Assembly (NCBI GenBank): GCA_963825135.1
Contig: CAWGRW010000009.1
Span: 256,001-320,000, forward strand
Origin: an uncultured bacterium
GTDB taxonomy: Bacteria > Desulfobacterota_D > UBA1144 > Nemesobacterales > UBA2774
DNA: 64,000 nt
Reading direction: 5' to 3'
How positions within the stretch are numbered: the stretch's first letter is position 1; every line of letters begins with the position of its first letter. The notes beneath the pieces are model-generated. The model saw nothing but the letters and a program-made list of their open reading frames with translations, searched no databases and had not been told where the DNA came from. Position numbers and translations under genes: made by a program. Positions 50,873-61,065 of this stretch are shown in pieces.

Positions 50873-51643
50873 TCAAGCAGCATTTTCGTGTGAATTATGA
50901 CTTCTGTAATATTCCTGTTCAGCCTGAACTGGTGTACGGTATCCATGTGCAGAATGCAGGTAACTCCTGTTGTAATAATCAACCCATTTGTCCAGTTCTA
51001 GGCTAAGCTCTCTCTCGCTCTCCCACTCCCTTAGCCAAAAGAGCTCCTCCTTCATTGTTCTTATCATTCTCTCTGTATCCGCATTCCCTTTAGGGTTGTT
51101 ATAGCTGGTAAATGCCTGATGAACTTCCAGATTGGAACAAGCTTTCATAAAACTGAGTGATGTAGGCTGACTCCCGTTATCACTCATGAGATTTAATCCA
51201 TGTCCCCTTACTCCTCCGGGAAACTCTCTGTTTAGCCCTTTCTCCAAGGCTTCCAGCCACTCTGCTGTTCTTGCTTGCCTGCCACTGTAGTGACCCACTA
51301 TCTTCTTCGTATACCAGTCCAGTACTATTACCACATAAACGCAGCCACTGTCTGTCATAACCTTTGTCATATCTATTCCCCACCACTGTTTAGGTCTATC
51401 AGGCTTAGGCTTTGGTCTTTCTGATACCCTCTTTGCTATTATTCTTGGGTTTGGTTTAACAGTAAGATTATGCTCTCTCATTAACCTGTATACACGCTTC
51501 TTGTTAACTACTACCCCATCCACGTACCTGAGATATGCCCATACCCTTCTATAACCCCAGAAGGGATGTTCCGCTTTTATATCTTTGATCCTTTCAAGTA
51601 AATATTCGTTACGCAGGGCTACAGAGTCAGACTGATTTCTCAT
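50873..51643 (-). CDS. IS3-family transposase OrfB
   Basis: WGYRRV, NKKRVYRLM; DDE residues in GID, SDNG and TERM. Confidence 0.95.
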   Translation of the reverse strand: MRNQSDSVALRNEYLLERIKDIKAEHPFWGYRRVWAYLRYVDGVVVNKKRVYRLMREHNLTVKPNPRIIAKRVSERPKPKPDRPKQWWGIDMTKVMTDSGCVYVVIVLDWYTKKIVGHYSGRQARTAEWLEALEKGLNREFPGGVRGHGLNLMSDNGSQPTSLSFMKACSNLEVHQAFTSYNNPKGNADTERMIRTMKEELFWLREWESERELSLELDKWVDYYNRSYLHSAHGYRTPVQAEQEYYRSHNSHENAA

Positions 51644-51915
51644 ATGAAGTCTTCCTCTGTTTTTTTTAATTCAACGGTGAGTGAACCGATTATCTGCTTT
51701 AGCTCGGCTTTCTCTCTCCTAAGCCTCTCTACTTCTCCACCGTCTTTTTTAGATTCAAAAGCTCTATGAGCTTCGGATAAGAACTTGTCCCGCCAGGTGT
51801 AGTATTGATTCTGATGTATTCCGTACTCGTTGCATATCTCTGAAACTGGTCTGCCGGATAGACCTTCAAGAACTATCTTGGTCTTTGTTTTAGAATCCCA
51901 TCTCCTTCGTTTCAT
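51640..51915 (-). CDS. IS3-family OrfA (HTH plus zipper)
   Basis: KTKIVLEGL...VSEICNEYGI...YYTW; A8 slippery run at 51660-51667 gives a -1 fusion to OrfB; ATGA overlap. Confidence 0.93.
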   Translation of the reverse strand: MKRRRWDSKTKTKIVLEGLSGRPVSEICNEYGIHQNQYYTWRDKFLSEAHRAFESKKDGGEVERLRREKAELKQIIGSLTVELKKTEEDFI

Positions 51916-52027
51916 TGCTCCCTCCCTCTGGGTTTTGCAGACATTTTACTAGCTTAATTCTACTAGCTTCTTAATGGGGAGCATTATACGTATTTACTCT
52001 TAAACGCGAGAACAGGGGGGAATTAAA

Positions 52028-52834
52028 ATGCCTAAAGTAAAAGCCAACGGTATCAATATCAATTACGAGAAGACGGGACAGGGAGAGCCCCTGATAATGA
52101 TCCCTTATCTGAGCGCCGACAACGCCTGCTACGCCTTCCAAACTCCCGAGTATGGTAAGAGCTTCGAGTGCATTTCGCTTGACCCGAGAGGGGCGGGAGA
52201 GTCGGACAAACCGGAAGGGACTTACTCGATGGAGCTATTCGCCGACGACGTTGCGGCCTTCATGGACGCGCTCGGAATTAAGAACGCGCACGTTATGGGC
52301 GTTTCTCTCGGTGCGGCGACGGCGATGTGGCTTGCGGCGAAATATCCGGCGAAGGTGAAATCGCTCTCCGTCCATAGCGGATGGACGAAGTCCGACCCGT
52401 TCCTACAGACTGTGGTCGAGGGCTGGCGCGTGACGGCGAAAGCATTGGGCAATGTCGCGGAAGCGGTGATACTGGGTATTTTCCCCTGGTGTTTCACGCC
52501 GATGCTATACGCCTCGAAACCCGAATACATTAAGGCCCTCTCCGATTTCGTGAGGAGCAGACCCGCACAGCCCGTGGATGCGTTCATGAGACAGAGCGAC
52601 GCGGTATTAGCGCACGACTGCGAGGCGCAGCTAGGCAAGATAAAAGCGCCCACGCTCATAACCTTCGGCGAGTACGACATGGTATGCTCGACCCGCTTCG
52701 CCGACAGGATGACGAAGAATATTAAAAATTCCGAGCTTCTGATTTTCAAGAACTGCGCCCACGCCGGGCTATACGAGAACGTGGAAGAGTTCAACAAGAA
52801 GACGATGGATTTTCTGGTGAAGCATAAGGGGTAG
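52028..52834 (+). CDS. Alpha/beta hydrolase
   Basis: DPRGAGES, GVSLG nucleophile elbow and CAH. Confidence 0.9.
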   Translation: MPKVKANGININYEKTGQGEPLIMIPYLSADNACYAFQTPEYGKSFECISLDPRGAGESDKPEGTYSMELFADDVAAFMDALGIKNAHVMGVSLGAATAMWLAAKYPAKVKSLSVHSGWTKSDPFLQTVVEGWRVTAKALGNVAEAVILGIFPWCFTPMLYASKPEYIKALSDFVRSRPAQPVDAFMRQSDAVLAHDCEAQLGKIKAPTLITFGEYDMVCSTRFADRMTKNIKNSELLIFKNCAHAGLYENVEEFNKKTMDFLVKHKG

Positions 52835-52864
52835 GTAAAATTTTCCCGGAATTGGTTATGTGTT

Positions 52865-53164
52865 TCAGTCGTCGTTCCGAATAAATGTATCAGGCCAGCG
52901 CATGGCGCTGTGAAAGACTGCTACGATCTGGACCTCTATATCATCCGGAATATAAACCACAATGTATGGGGTGCCGGCAATAACCAGCTCTCGTGACCCC
53001 TGGACGCGCCCCGGCCTTCCCATTTGAGGATGACGTTTTAAATGCTGTGCCGCCTCGTGAATGCGCGCGACCATGCGGCTTGCCGCAGGTGGATTATCCT
53101 CGGCAATATACTCGTGCAGGTGTCGCAAATCTTCAATCGCGAAACGCGTCCATCTGAGTTTCAT
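52865..53164 (-). CDS. RelE/ParE toxin
   Basis: YIAEDNPPAA, PQMGRPGR, RELV and VFHSA. Confidence 0.9.
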   Translation of the reverse strand: MKLRWTRFAIEDLRHLHEYIAEDNPPAASRMVARIHEAAQHLKRHPQMGRPGRVQGSRELVIAGTPYIVVYIPDDIEVQIVAVFHSAMRWPDTFIRNDD

Positions 53165-53409
53165 GAAAGCTTGCCGTACTTATCAAAGAAGGCCTTGACC
53201 TCGGCGTCCGTTGCAAAATCTCCCCGGCGTGCGGCCTCGACCCCTTTCTTGATATGTGCGAGTTGCCACTCGTGAAGGTCGATATACTGATCAAGCGCCT
53301 CGTTAATAACGGCGCTCAGATTCTTTCCGAAAGCTTCGGCTATATGGTCAAGGCGTTCACGTTTATCCGATGGTGTAATAAAAGAAACCCTTGTTGATTC
53401 TCTTGGCAT
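53161..53409 (-). CDS. CopG/RHH antitoxin
   Basis: VINEALDQY...WQLAHIKKG...GDFA; ATGA overlap with the toxin. Confidence 0.88.
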   Translation of the reverse strand: MPRESTRVSFITPSDKRERLDHIAEAFGKNLSAVINEALDQYIDLHEWQLAHIKKGVEAARRGDFATDAEVKAFFDKYGKLS

Positions 53410-53509
53410 ATCAATCTCCCGAATATTACATAATAATATACCATCATATGGAGTATTATTCAAAAAAGGGTTTTCAAACTCGCAATTGAAAAAGACAATT
53501 CAGTGCATC

Positions 53510-53941
53510 TCACCCACACTCACCGCAAACCCCATGCAGGTAGAGCTGCGGGGAATCGATGCGGACGGCGGAGAGGTCGGATTTCTCCGGGTCGAGCTCG
53601 TAGCGGATATCCTTGAGGTATACGTCCGTGACCTTCCCGCATTTCTCGCAGACGAAGTGGTGGTGGTCGTCCAAGTTGGTGTCGTACCTCGTGGACGGCC
53701 CGCCGAGGTCCAAGTGCGTGAGGAGCCCGGCTTCGACCAATTGCTCCATGTTCCTGTAAACGGTCGCGGGCGAGAGCATGGGGTACTCGGCCCTGGCCCT
53801 CTGATATATCTCGTCGGCCGTCATGTGACGGTCGTCTTCAGCCAGGATGTCGAATATCGCCACCCTCTGTGGGGTGAGCTTGAGCCCCCTTCCCCTGCTC
53901 TTCTCTATCAACTTTTCGAGTTTAAACGCTTTGTCTCTCAC
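53510..53941 (-). CDS. Fur/PerR family regulator
   Basis: LTPQR, ATVYRN, HHHFVCEKCG and CGEC. Confidence 0.93.
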   Translation of the reverse strand: MRDKAFKLEKLIEKSRGRGLKLTPQRVAIFDILAEDDRHMTADEIYQRARAEYPMLSPATVYRNMEQLVEAGLLTHLDLGGPSTRYDTNLDDHHHFVCEKCGKVTDVYLKDIRYELDPEKSDLSAVRIDSPQLYLHGVCGECG

Positions 53942-53996
53942 GATTTTAATATTTTACCCGTATAGACACACATTGTAAATGCATAATATTAGCATA

Positions 53997-54011
53997 TAAG
54001 AATAATTATCA
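53997..54011. promoter_or_regulatory. Candidate Per/Fur box
   Basis: TAAGAATAATTATCA, a 7-1-7-like site between the divergent fur/perR and dps genes. Confidence 0.5.
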
Positions 54012-54076
54012 CTTGATAAGCGGTATCGTTCAGTTATTCTATAATCACAGATATCGAACAGGAGGCTAATCTAATC

Positions 54077-54544
54077 ATGAATATAGGCATAGAAGATAAA
54101 AACAGCGCTCAGGTAGTGAAGATACTCAGCAGGGTATTGGCCGACGAATACGTGCTTTACACGAAAACGAGGGGCTATCACTGGAACGTGACCGGGATGC
54201 AGTTCGTCGAGCTGCATAAATTCTTCGAGTCCCAGTACACGGCCCTCGAAGAGGTCATCGACGAGGTCGCCGAGAGGGCGAGGACCGTAGGCGGGCACGC
54301 GCTCGGCTCGCTCCAGGAGATGCTCGACCAGAAGACGCTCGAAGAGGACACGACAAAGGGTTCAGACGCCGCGCACATGGTCCGCTCTCTCCTCGCCGAC
54401 CATGAACACATCATAAAGAGGCTGAGGAAGGACTTGAAGGCGTGCGACGAAAAGTATAACGACATGGGGACGAGCGATTATCTAACGGGGCTCATGGAAG
54501 CACACGAGAAGATGGCCTGGATGCTGAGGTCTCACCTCGAATGA
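54077..54544 (+). CDS. dps: Dps ferritin-like protein
   Basis: YHWNVTG, LHKFFE, DEVAER and HEKMAWML. Confidence 0.95.
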   Translation: MNIGIEDKNSAQVVKILSRVLADEYVLYTKTRGYHWNVTGMQFVELHKFFESQYTALEEVIDEVAERARTVGGHALGSLQEMLDQKTLEEDTTKGSDAAHMVRSLLADHEHIIKRLRKDLKACDEKYNDMGTSDYLTGLMEAHEKMAWMLRSHLE

Positions 54545-54741
54545 CGGAGTGTTAATGTAAATTTGACACCTCGTGAGCCCGGGTGTTAAATTCCTGTCCT
54601 GCCCGGAGGATTGTTTCCGTCCCGGGACGGCGATTACCGGGAACCGGCCTCATTCGGTATAATAAAGTCAGTTCGATAACTTGCCGCATCAGTCACTCTG
54701 CGGCCCTATAGTTAAGCGGTTCGAACGGGGAGAGTCACATA

Positions 54742-55152
54742 ATGGGATTCAAAAAAATCATAGGCATCAAGAAAGACGAGCCGGCTGACGCAGGGGACAA
54801 AGGCGTCACGCTGACCAAATTCGAGAAATCGGACGCGGCGAATAAAGACCTCGTGCTCACGGACGAGGACGTGTACGAGGCTCTTAAGAACGTGTACGAC
54901 CCCGAGATTCCTGTGAGCATAGTCGATCTGGGCCTCATCTACGACGTTAACATTTCGTCCGGCAGAAACGTGAGCGTCAAGATGTCCCTCACGACCCCCG
55001 GCTGCGGGATGGGCGCGATGATCGCCCAGCAGGCGGAGACGGCTATCAGGGAGGCGGGGGCGGATAACGTGCTCATAGAAGTCGTATGGGACCCGCCGTG
55101 GAACCCGGACATGATGTCTGAGCACGCCAAGGAAAAACTCGGCATCTCGTAA
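54742..55152 (+). CDS. DUF59/SufT-like Fe-S maturation protein
   Basis: VYDPEIPVSIVDLGLIY, LTTPGCG and VWDPPW. Confidence 0.9.
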   Translation: MGFKKIIGIKKDEPADAGDKGVTLTKFEKSDAANKDLVLTDEDVYEALKNVYDPEIPVSIVDLGLIYDVNISSGRNVSVKMSLTTPGCGMGAMIAQQAETAIREAGADNVLIEVVWDPPWNPDMMSEHAKEKLGIS

Positions 55153-55188
55153 TCCGCTATCTCACAACCAGGAGAGTAAATCCGTTTA

Positions 55189-56244
55189 ATGGAAATCACA
55201 CAGGAAGGGGTAAGGAGCGTCCTTAAAAAGGTCAAATACCCCGGATTCACGAGAGACATAGTATCGTTCGGAATAGTAAAGGACGTCAGGGTCGATGGGG
55301 GGCGCGTAACGGTTTCCCTCGTCCTCCCGAAGCCCGACAAGAAGATCGAAAGCGAGATAGGCGACTCCGTGAGGAGCGCTCTGCTGGAGACCCCCGGCGT
55401 CTCGGGCGTAGAGATCGAGATAGGGGCACGAGAGCCCAAGTCAGCTCCGGGACACGGGCCCTCGAAGGCCGAAGCCCCGTCGAAGCTCCCGGCTATAAAG
55501 TACTACATAGCCGTCGCGAGCGGCAAGGGTGGCGTCGGCAAATCGACGGTCGCCGTCAACCTCGCCGTGGCGATGGCGATGAAGCGAAAGGGCGTCGGGC
55601 TCATGGACGCCGACATATGGGGGCCGAGCCTGCCTATAATGCTTGGCGTTAAGGACAGGCCGCACGCGACCGAGCAGAACAGGATAATTCCCCTCGAAAA
55701 ATATGGACTGAAACTCATGTCGATAGGGTTCCTCATAAGCGAGGACGAGACAGTCATATGGCGGGGGCCGATGGTGCACGGCGCCATAAAGCAGTTCATA
55801 GAGGACGTCGAGTGGACGGGTATCGACTACCTCGTCATAGACCTCCCTCCGGGCACGGGCGACGCGCAGCTCTCGCTCGTCCAGACGGCGCCGCTGAGCG
55901 GCGGCCTCATCGTCACCACCCCCCAGGACGTGGCGCTGATCGACGTGAGGCGCGGGGTGCAGATGTTCAGGAAGCTGAACGTCCCCATACTCGGCATCGT
56001 GGAGAACATGAGCTATCTGGAGACCCCAGGAGGGGAGAATATAGACATCTTCGGCAGGGGCGGCGGAAGGAGAATGGCCGAGAAGTTTGAGGTCCCGTTC
56101 CTGGGAGAGATACCAATAGACCCCGAGATCAGAAAGGGCGGCGACTCCGGAGTGCCTGTGGTCATATCGAAACCCGAGAGCACTGCTGCCAGGGCCTTCA
56201 TGGAGCTTGCAGATATAGTGCTCCGGTTCGTCGAAAATACTTAA
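55189..56244 (+). CDS. mrp: Mrp/ApbC Fe-S carrier ATPase
   Basis: SGKGGVGKST, WRGPM and DLPPGTGD. Confidence 0.93.
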   Translation: MEITQEGVRSVLKKVKYPGFTRDIVSFGIVKDVRVDGGRVTVSLVLPKPDKKIESEIGDSVRSALLETPGVSGVEIEIGAREPKSAPGHGPSKAEAPSKLPAIKYYIAVASGKGGVGKSTVAVNLAVAMAMKRKGVGLMDADIWGPSLPIMLGVKDRPHATEQNRIIPLEKYGLKLMSIGFLISEDETVIWRGPMVHGAIKQFIEDVEWTGIDYLVIDLPPGTGDAQLSLVQTAPLSGGLIVTTPQDVALIDVRRGVQMFRKLNVPILGIVENMSYLETPGGENIDIFGRGGGRRMAEKFEVPFLGEIPIDPEIRKGGDSGVPVVISKPESTAARAFMELADIVLRFVENT

Positions 56245-56532
56245 CCCTGTCCGGCAGTAAGTACCCCGGATCCTTTATTGAACCCCCCTGTTGAATGATT
56301 ATTTTTAAATCTGCATGCCCGCCCGCGGGGCCCGGTAAGGCCGTCCGCCCTGAGGCAATATTGACTCCGGGGAAAATAAGGCTAATTTTAAGTACGCCCG
56401 CGCGGAGTGTGAATAACGACAATTACGGGGCGATTCAGGAAGCGGATCGCGATTGACGCGAAATACGGCGCAGGCTATTCTGTCTTTCAGCCCCGGGCGG
56501 CAGGGGACGATTAGCCCCCCCACTAAACATAA

Positions 56533-57519
56533 ATGGCATCGACTGCAAAAGACTATTACAAGATACTGGGCGTTTCCAAGACCGCGACCAAGGAAGAGAT
56601 AAAAAAGGCCTACAGGAGCCTCGCGCGGAAGTACCACCCCGACCTCAACCCGGACAAGAAGGACGCCGAGGAGAAGTTCAAAGAGGTGCAGGAAGCGCAT
56701 GAGGTGCTCTCCGACGAGGAGAAGAGGAAGACGTACGACATGTTCGGGTCGGCCGAGTTCAGGCCCGGCGGCAGGACGACGTGGAAGCGCGCGGACGATA
56801 CGGGGCAGGCATATGAATACAGCTACAGCGCCAACGACTTCTCGGGTTTCGAGGACATATTCAAGGACTTATTCGGCTCGGCAGGCGAAGGCAGGCCCGG
56901 AAGGGGCAGGGGCGAGGCGTTCAGGGACATATTCAGCACCGTGACCAAGGAAAGGGCATCAAGGGGAAGGGACCTCGAATACCAGATAGAGATAGATTTC
57001 GACACGGCGATCAGGGGCGGCGTCAGGGACCTGTCCATAAGCAGGCAGAAGCAGGACGGCGTCGAGACCGAGAAGCTCTCCGTGAGGATTCCCGCGGGCG
57101 TTGACAACGGCTCGCGGATACGCGTGCAGGGCAAGGGCGAGGGAGGGGGCGCCAAGGGAGACCTGTATCTCAGGGTAAAGGTGAAGCCGCACCCGGTATA
57201 CAGCAGGAAGGGAGACGATATATACCTCGAAGTGCCCGTCACGGTCTATGAAGCGGCGCTCGGCAGGAAGATAGAGATACCGACGATAGACGGGACTGCG
57301 GAGATGACGATACCGCCGGGGGTCCAGAGCGGAACGAGGCTCAGACTCAAGGGCAAAGGGGTCACCAACCTTAAAACGAAGGCCCGAGGGGACCAGTACA
57401 TAGAGATAAAAATAGCGATGCCCGACAAGATAGGCGAGGACGACAGGAAGAGGTTCGAAGAGCTCGAAAATTCTCACCCCTATAACCCGAGGGCGAAATT
57501 AAGCAGGTATATGAGATAA
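56533..57519 (+). CDS. cbpA: CbpA-like class B J-domain protein
   Basis: KYHPDLN J-domain, no zinc finger, DnaJ C-terminal domain. Confidence 0.8.
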   Translation: MASTAKDYYKILGVSKTATKEEIKKAYRSLARKYHPDLNPDKKDAEEKFKEVQEAHEVLSDEEKRKTYDMFGSAEFRPGGRTTWKRADDTGQAYEYSYSANDFSGFEDIFKDLFGSAGEGRPGRGRGEAFRDIFSTVTKERASRGRDLEYQIEIDFDTAIRGGVRDLSISRQKQDGVETEKLSVRIPAGVDNGSRIRVQGKGEGGGAKGDLYLRVKVKPHPVYSRKGDDIYLEVPVTVYEAALGRKIEIPTIDGTAEMTIPPGVQSGTRLRLKGKGVTNLKTKARGDQYIEIKIAMPDKIGEDDRKRFEELENSHPYNPRAKLSRYMR

Positions 57520-57611
57520 TAAAGATCTGCGTAAGCCTGAGAACGGGGCGCGTTGACCGGGAAGGGCGTGTATAATGAACAGAGGGGAGCAGAGCCCCGG
57601 GAGGAACCGAC

Positions 57612-57902
57612 ATGAGCGATGAAAAAAAACGAAAGCCCGGAGCCTTTGGTGAGCTCACGATGGACTTCTCGGCGTTTATCCTATCATTAAACGCGTCTTC
57701 CCTCATCCACATGGGGGAGATACCGGACCCCGAATCGAGGTCGCGGAGCGTAAACATCCCGGCGGCCAAGCACACGATAGAAATACTCGAGATAATAAAG
57801 GACAAAACCTCAGGGAACCTGGACAACGACGAGGACAAGCTCCTCGACGACATCCTCTACACGCTGAGACTCAAGTTCCTCCAGCACTCTAAAGCGGAAT
57901 AG
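57612..57902 (+). CDS. DUF1844 protein
   Basis: LGEIP-like MGEIPDP, AKHTIEIL and KTSGNL. Confidence 0.85.
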   Translation: MSDEKKRKPGAFGELTMDFSAFILSLNASSLIHMGEIPDPESRSRSVNIPAAKHTIEILEIIKDKTSGNLDNDEDKLLDDILYTLRLKFLQHSKAE

Positions 57903-57912
57903 CCGGGCCCGA

Positions 57913-58656
57913 TCAGGATATAACCCCGTTCACGCCCCGGCGCGGGGGATTACCGTTTATGATTTGATAGCTATTCGAGATCAATTCGTCCACCGCTTCC
58001 CTCCCCAGCTTCTTCTCTATAACAGCGAGGCCGTTTGAGACCATCGGCGTCCTGTGCTTTTTGGAATGGGCGTCCGACGAGACGAAATGAAGCGTGCCCA
58101 GCTTGGCGAACTCTATGGCGCAGCTCCTGGCCGCGTCCCCGAACCCTCCCGACAGGCTCGATGCAGTGACCTGTACGAGAGCGCCCATGCCCGCAAGCTC
58201 CCTAATCCTCTTGGGAGAGCTCTGAAACTCGCGGTTACGCTCCGGGTGCGCGAGCACAGGGGTCTTCCCCATCGTCTCGAGCCCGAATATGACCTCCTCG
58301 AGTCCGAGCGGCAGGCTGTAAAACGGTATCTCGATAAGTATGAAATCGCTGTCCGCGAGGGTGAGCACGTCGCCCCGTGACAGTACCCTCGGCAGGTCCG
58401 GGATTATACCGATCTCCATGCCCGGATAGACCACGAAATCGAGTCCCGCCTCCTTAATCTTCACGTTGAACTCCGCGACCACGCCCCTCACGGTTTCGGG
58501 CGTCGGCTGCCAGTTGGTCCCCTGTATCCAGTGGGGAGTCGTGACGGCCCCCGTTATCCCGTCCCCGCGCGCGATCTTTACCATCTCGATGCTCTCTTCC
58601 CAGCTCTTGGGGCCGTCGTCGATATTAGGCAGAAGGTGGCAGTGTATGTCGATCAT
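57913..58656 (-). CDS. CpsB/CapC PHP-family tyrosine phosphatase
   Basis: MIDIHCHLLPNIDDG, TPH, AHPERN and SDAH. Confidence 0.9.
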   Translation of the reverse strand: MIDIHCHLLPNIDDGPKSWEESIEMVKIARGDGITGAVTTPHWIQGTNWQPTPETVRGVVAEFNVKIKEAGLDFVVYPGMEIGIIPDLPRVLSRGDVLTLADSDFILIEIPFYSLPLGLEEVIFGLETMGKTPVLAHPERNREFQSSPKRIRELAGMGALVQVTASSLSGGFGDAARSCAIEFAKLGTLHFVSSDAHSKKHRTPMVSNGLAVIEKKLGREAVDELISNSYQIINGNPPRRGVNGVIS

Positions 58657-58777
58657 CCCGTACAAGTATATACAACGAAAACGAGCCGTAAACCGGTTTA
58701 ATTTACAGCAATTTGGAACTCCATTATAATAGGAGTGATTTCGGGTAAATAAATGTAACAACGGGAAAAAGATAAAT

Positions 58778-60241
58778 ATGCGCATCACCGAGATTATGAA
58801 GAGGTTCGGCAGGCAGAGGATTCTCGTCGTCGGCGACATTATGCTCGACCGGTACGTGAGGGGGACGGTCGAGAGGATTTCCCCCGAGGCGCCCGTACCC
58901 GTGCTCAGGGTGACGGAGGAGGCCTGCGCGCCGGGGGGGGCGGGGAACGTCGCCGTAAACCTGAGGACCCTGGGCGCCGGGGTCGAGCTCGTCGGCAGCC
59001 TGGGTAAAGACCGGGATGGAGACGAGATCGTCCGTTTCCTGAAAGAGTGCGGCATAGGCTCGGGGGGCATCGTCCGCGACATAGACAAGCCCACGACTTC
59101 GAAGACGAGGCTGATCGCCGGGAATCAGCAAATAGCGCGGATGGATAAAGAGATCGACACGCTCGCGCACGAGAGCGTCGAAAAGGCGCTCCTCAGATCC
59201 ATACAACGCGCGGTGAAGGACTTCAAACCGAAGGGCATAATAATCTCCGACTACGCGAAGGGCGTCGTGACGGATAGTCTCGTCTCCCGCGTGATCGAGA
59301 TAGCGAAAGGAGCCGGCATCTTCGTCACCGTGGACCCGAAGGGAGAGAACTACGGAAGGTACAGGGGCGTAAACGCCGTCACTCCTAACACGAGAGAGGC
59401 CGAGACCGCGTCCGGGATCAGGATGAAGGACGAGGATTCGCTCAAGCGTGCGGCAGAGAAAATAATGGAGCAGACCGGGGCCGATTTCGTTCTCATTACG
59501 CGGGGGTCAGACGGCATCAGCTATTTTTCAAAGCACGGGGAGGCGGGAACGGTGCGGTCTCACCCGGTCGAGGTGTTCGACGTAACGGGCGCGGGGGATA
59601 CGGCGGCAAGCGTCTTTACACTCTCCTTCCTCGCCTCATACCTGCTCGAGGAATCGGTGAGGATAGCCAACGCGGCTGCGGGCATAGTGGTAAGCCGGAT
59701 AGGGACGGCGAGCGTCACGCAGACCGATTTGAAAACGTACTTCGCCAGGGAAGAGGAAAAGGAAAGGAGCAAGATACATTCACGCGCCGCTCTCGCTAAG
59801 ACCCTCGCCGGGCTCAGGACGAAGGGGAGAAAGGTCGTATTCACGAACGGGTGCTTCGACCTCTTCCACACGGGACATTTGAGGCTCCTCCGGGAGGCGC
59901 GGAAGCTCGGGGACGTCCTCGTCGTGGCCATAAACAGCGACAAGTCCGTGAGAAAGCTGAAAGGCCCCGGCAGGCCTTATATAACGGAGGCCGACCGCGC
60001 CCTGCTGCTGGCCGCGCTCGACTGCGTCGATTACCTCTGCATATTCGAGGAGGACACGCCGCTCGAACTGATAAAAGAGCTGAAGCCCGACCTGCTGGTA
60101 AAGGGCGGGGACTACGGGCGCGAGGACGTAATCGGCGGGGATTTCGTCGAGAGCTCAGGCGGGCGCGTCGTTATAATCCCTCTCGTAAAAGGGATGTCCA
60201 CATCGACGCTGGCCGATAAGATAAAAAACAGCAGGAAGTAG
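58778..60241 (+). CDS. hldE: Bifunctional heptose-7-P kinase / heptose-1-P adenylyltransferase
   Basis: RISPEAPVPV, DVTGAGDT, FTNGCFDLFHTGH and KGGDY. Confidence 0.95.
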   Translation: MRITEIMKRFGRQRILVVGDIMLDRYVRGTVERISPEAPVPVLRVTEEACAPGGAGNVAVNLRTLGAGVELVGSLGKDRDGDEIVRFLKECGIGSGGIVRDIDKPTTSKTRLIAGNQQIARMDKEIDTLAHESVEKALLRSIQRAVKDFKPKGIIISDYAKGVVTDSLVSRVIEIAKGAGIFVTVDPKGENYGRYRGVNAVTPNTREAETASGIRMKDEDSLKRAAEKIMEQTGADFVLITRGSDGISYFSKHGEAGTVRSHPVEVFDVTGAGDTAASVFTLSFLASYLLEESVRIANAAAGIVVSRIGTASVTQTDLKTYFAREEEKERSKIHSRAALAKTLAGLRTKGRKVVFTNGCFDLFHTGHLRLLREARKLGDVLVVAINSDKSVRKLKGPGRPYITEADRALLLAALDCVDYLCIFEEDTPLELIKELKPDLLVKGGDYGREDVIGGDFVESSGGRVVIIPLVKGMSTSTLADKIKNSRK

Positions 60242-60296
60242 CGCATGGTAAGTCCGGCGAGGCGACGGCGGCGGCGAAGAGCGCACCCCTCCCCTT

Positions 60297-61064
60297 TCAT
60301 TTACAAACGGTGTTGATATAGCGGTTGGAATTCACGCCGAACTCCGAGTTCGGTGAAATATCCGCCACCTTTCTGAACGCTTCGCACGCGTTCACGGTGT
60401 CGTTTAATTTCATATACGCGAGAGCGAGGTTATAGTAGGCCTCGTCGTACGTGGGATAACCCTGCACTGCCTGCTGGAATTCAGTCACGGCCTCGCCGTA
60501 CCTTCCTGTGGACATATAGAGCTTGCCCAATTCGTTGTGCGCGTAGACGAACGCGGGGTTGAGCTTGAGCGCCTGCTCGTAATTCTCCCTCGCCTTGGCC
60601 ATGTCCCCTTTGCTGTAATACGCGATGCCGATGTTGGTATACGCGTTGGCTCTCGCCTTGTAGGTCGGGTCCGCGACGACGAGTCCGCACTCGGATATCA
60701 CCTGGTCGTAACTCTTTTGTGAAAGGTATAATCCGCAGAGATTAAAATGAGCGGGCGTGTAGGTGGAGCTCAGACTGATCGCCTTTTTATAGTTCTCCTC
60801 TGCCGTGGGGTACTCTTTAAGCCCCATGTATATCGCGCCCTTTATGACGTAAACCTCGGGGTCCTTGTCGTTTATTTTCTCGGCAACCTCTATCTCTTTC
60901 AGGGCCTGAGGGAAATTGCCCCTCCACGAGGAAGCGACGGCGAGGGCCTTCTGGTTGTCGAACATCTTCCCCTCGTCCTGAGGGACATCCGGCTTCTTTT
61001 TCCCTCCCGCGCAGGAAAGGAGCAATACCGCAACGATGAGAGTGACGAGTGAAAAGTTTTTCAT
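60297..61064 (-). CDS. TPR lipoprotein (PilF/PilW/Tgl-like)
   Basis: Lipobox LLSC; multiple TPRs; DPTY...AYTNIG. Confidence 0.75.
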   Translation of the reverse strand: MKNFSLVTLIVAVLLLSCAGGKKKPDVPQDEGKMFDNQKALAVASSWRGNFPQALKEIEVAEKINDKDPEVYVIKGAIYMGLKEYPTAEENYKKAISLSSTYTPAHFNLCGLYLSQKSYDQVISECGLVVADPTYKARANAYTNIGIAYYSKGDMAKARENYEQALKLNPAFVYAHNELGKLYMSTGRYGEAVTEFQQAVQGYPTYDEAYYNLALAYMKLNDTVNACEAFRKVADISPNSEFGVNSNRYINTVCK

Positions 61065-61065
61065 A

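Larger units (their letters stand above)
49734..51988 (-). mobile_element. IS3-family element carrying a passenger methyltransferase; 4-bp target duplication CGTA
   Basis: Ends TGTACTGCACCCTTT and (reverse complement) TATAATGCTCCCCAT; CGTA at 49730-49733 and 51989-51992. Confidence 0.88.

Noticed and set aside
58657..59094. N-terminal extension of the 393-aa phosphatase ORF
   Set aside because: Antisense to hldE; the PHP domain starts at MIDIHCH (58656)
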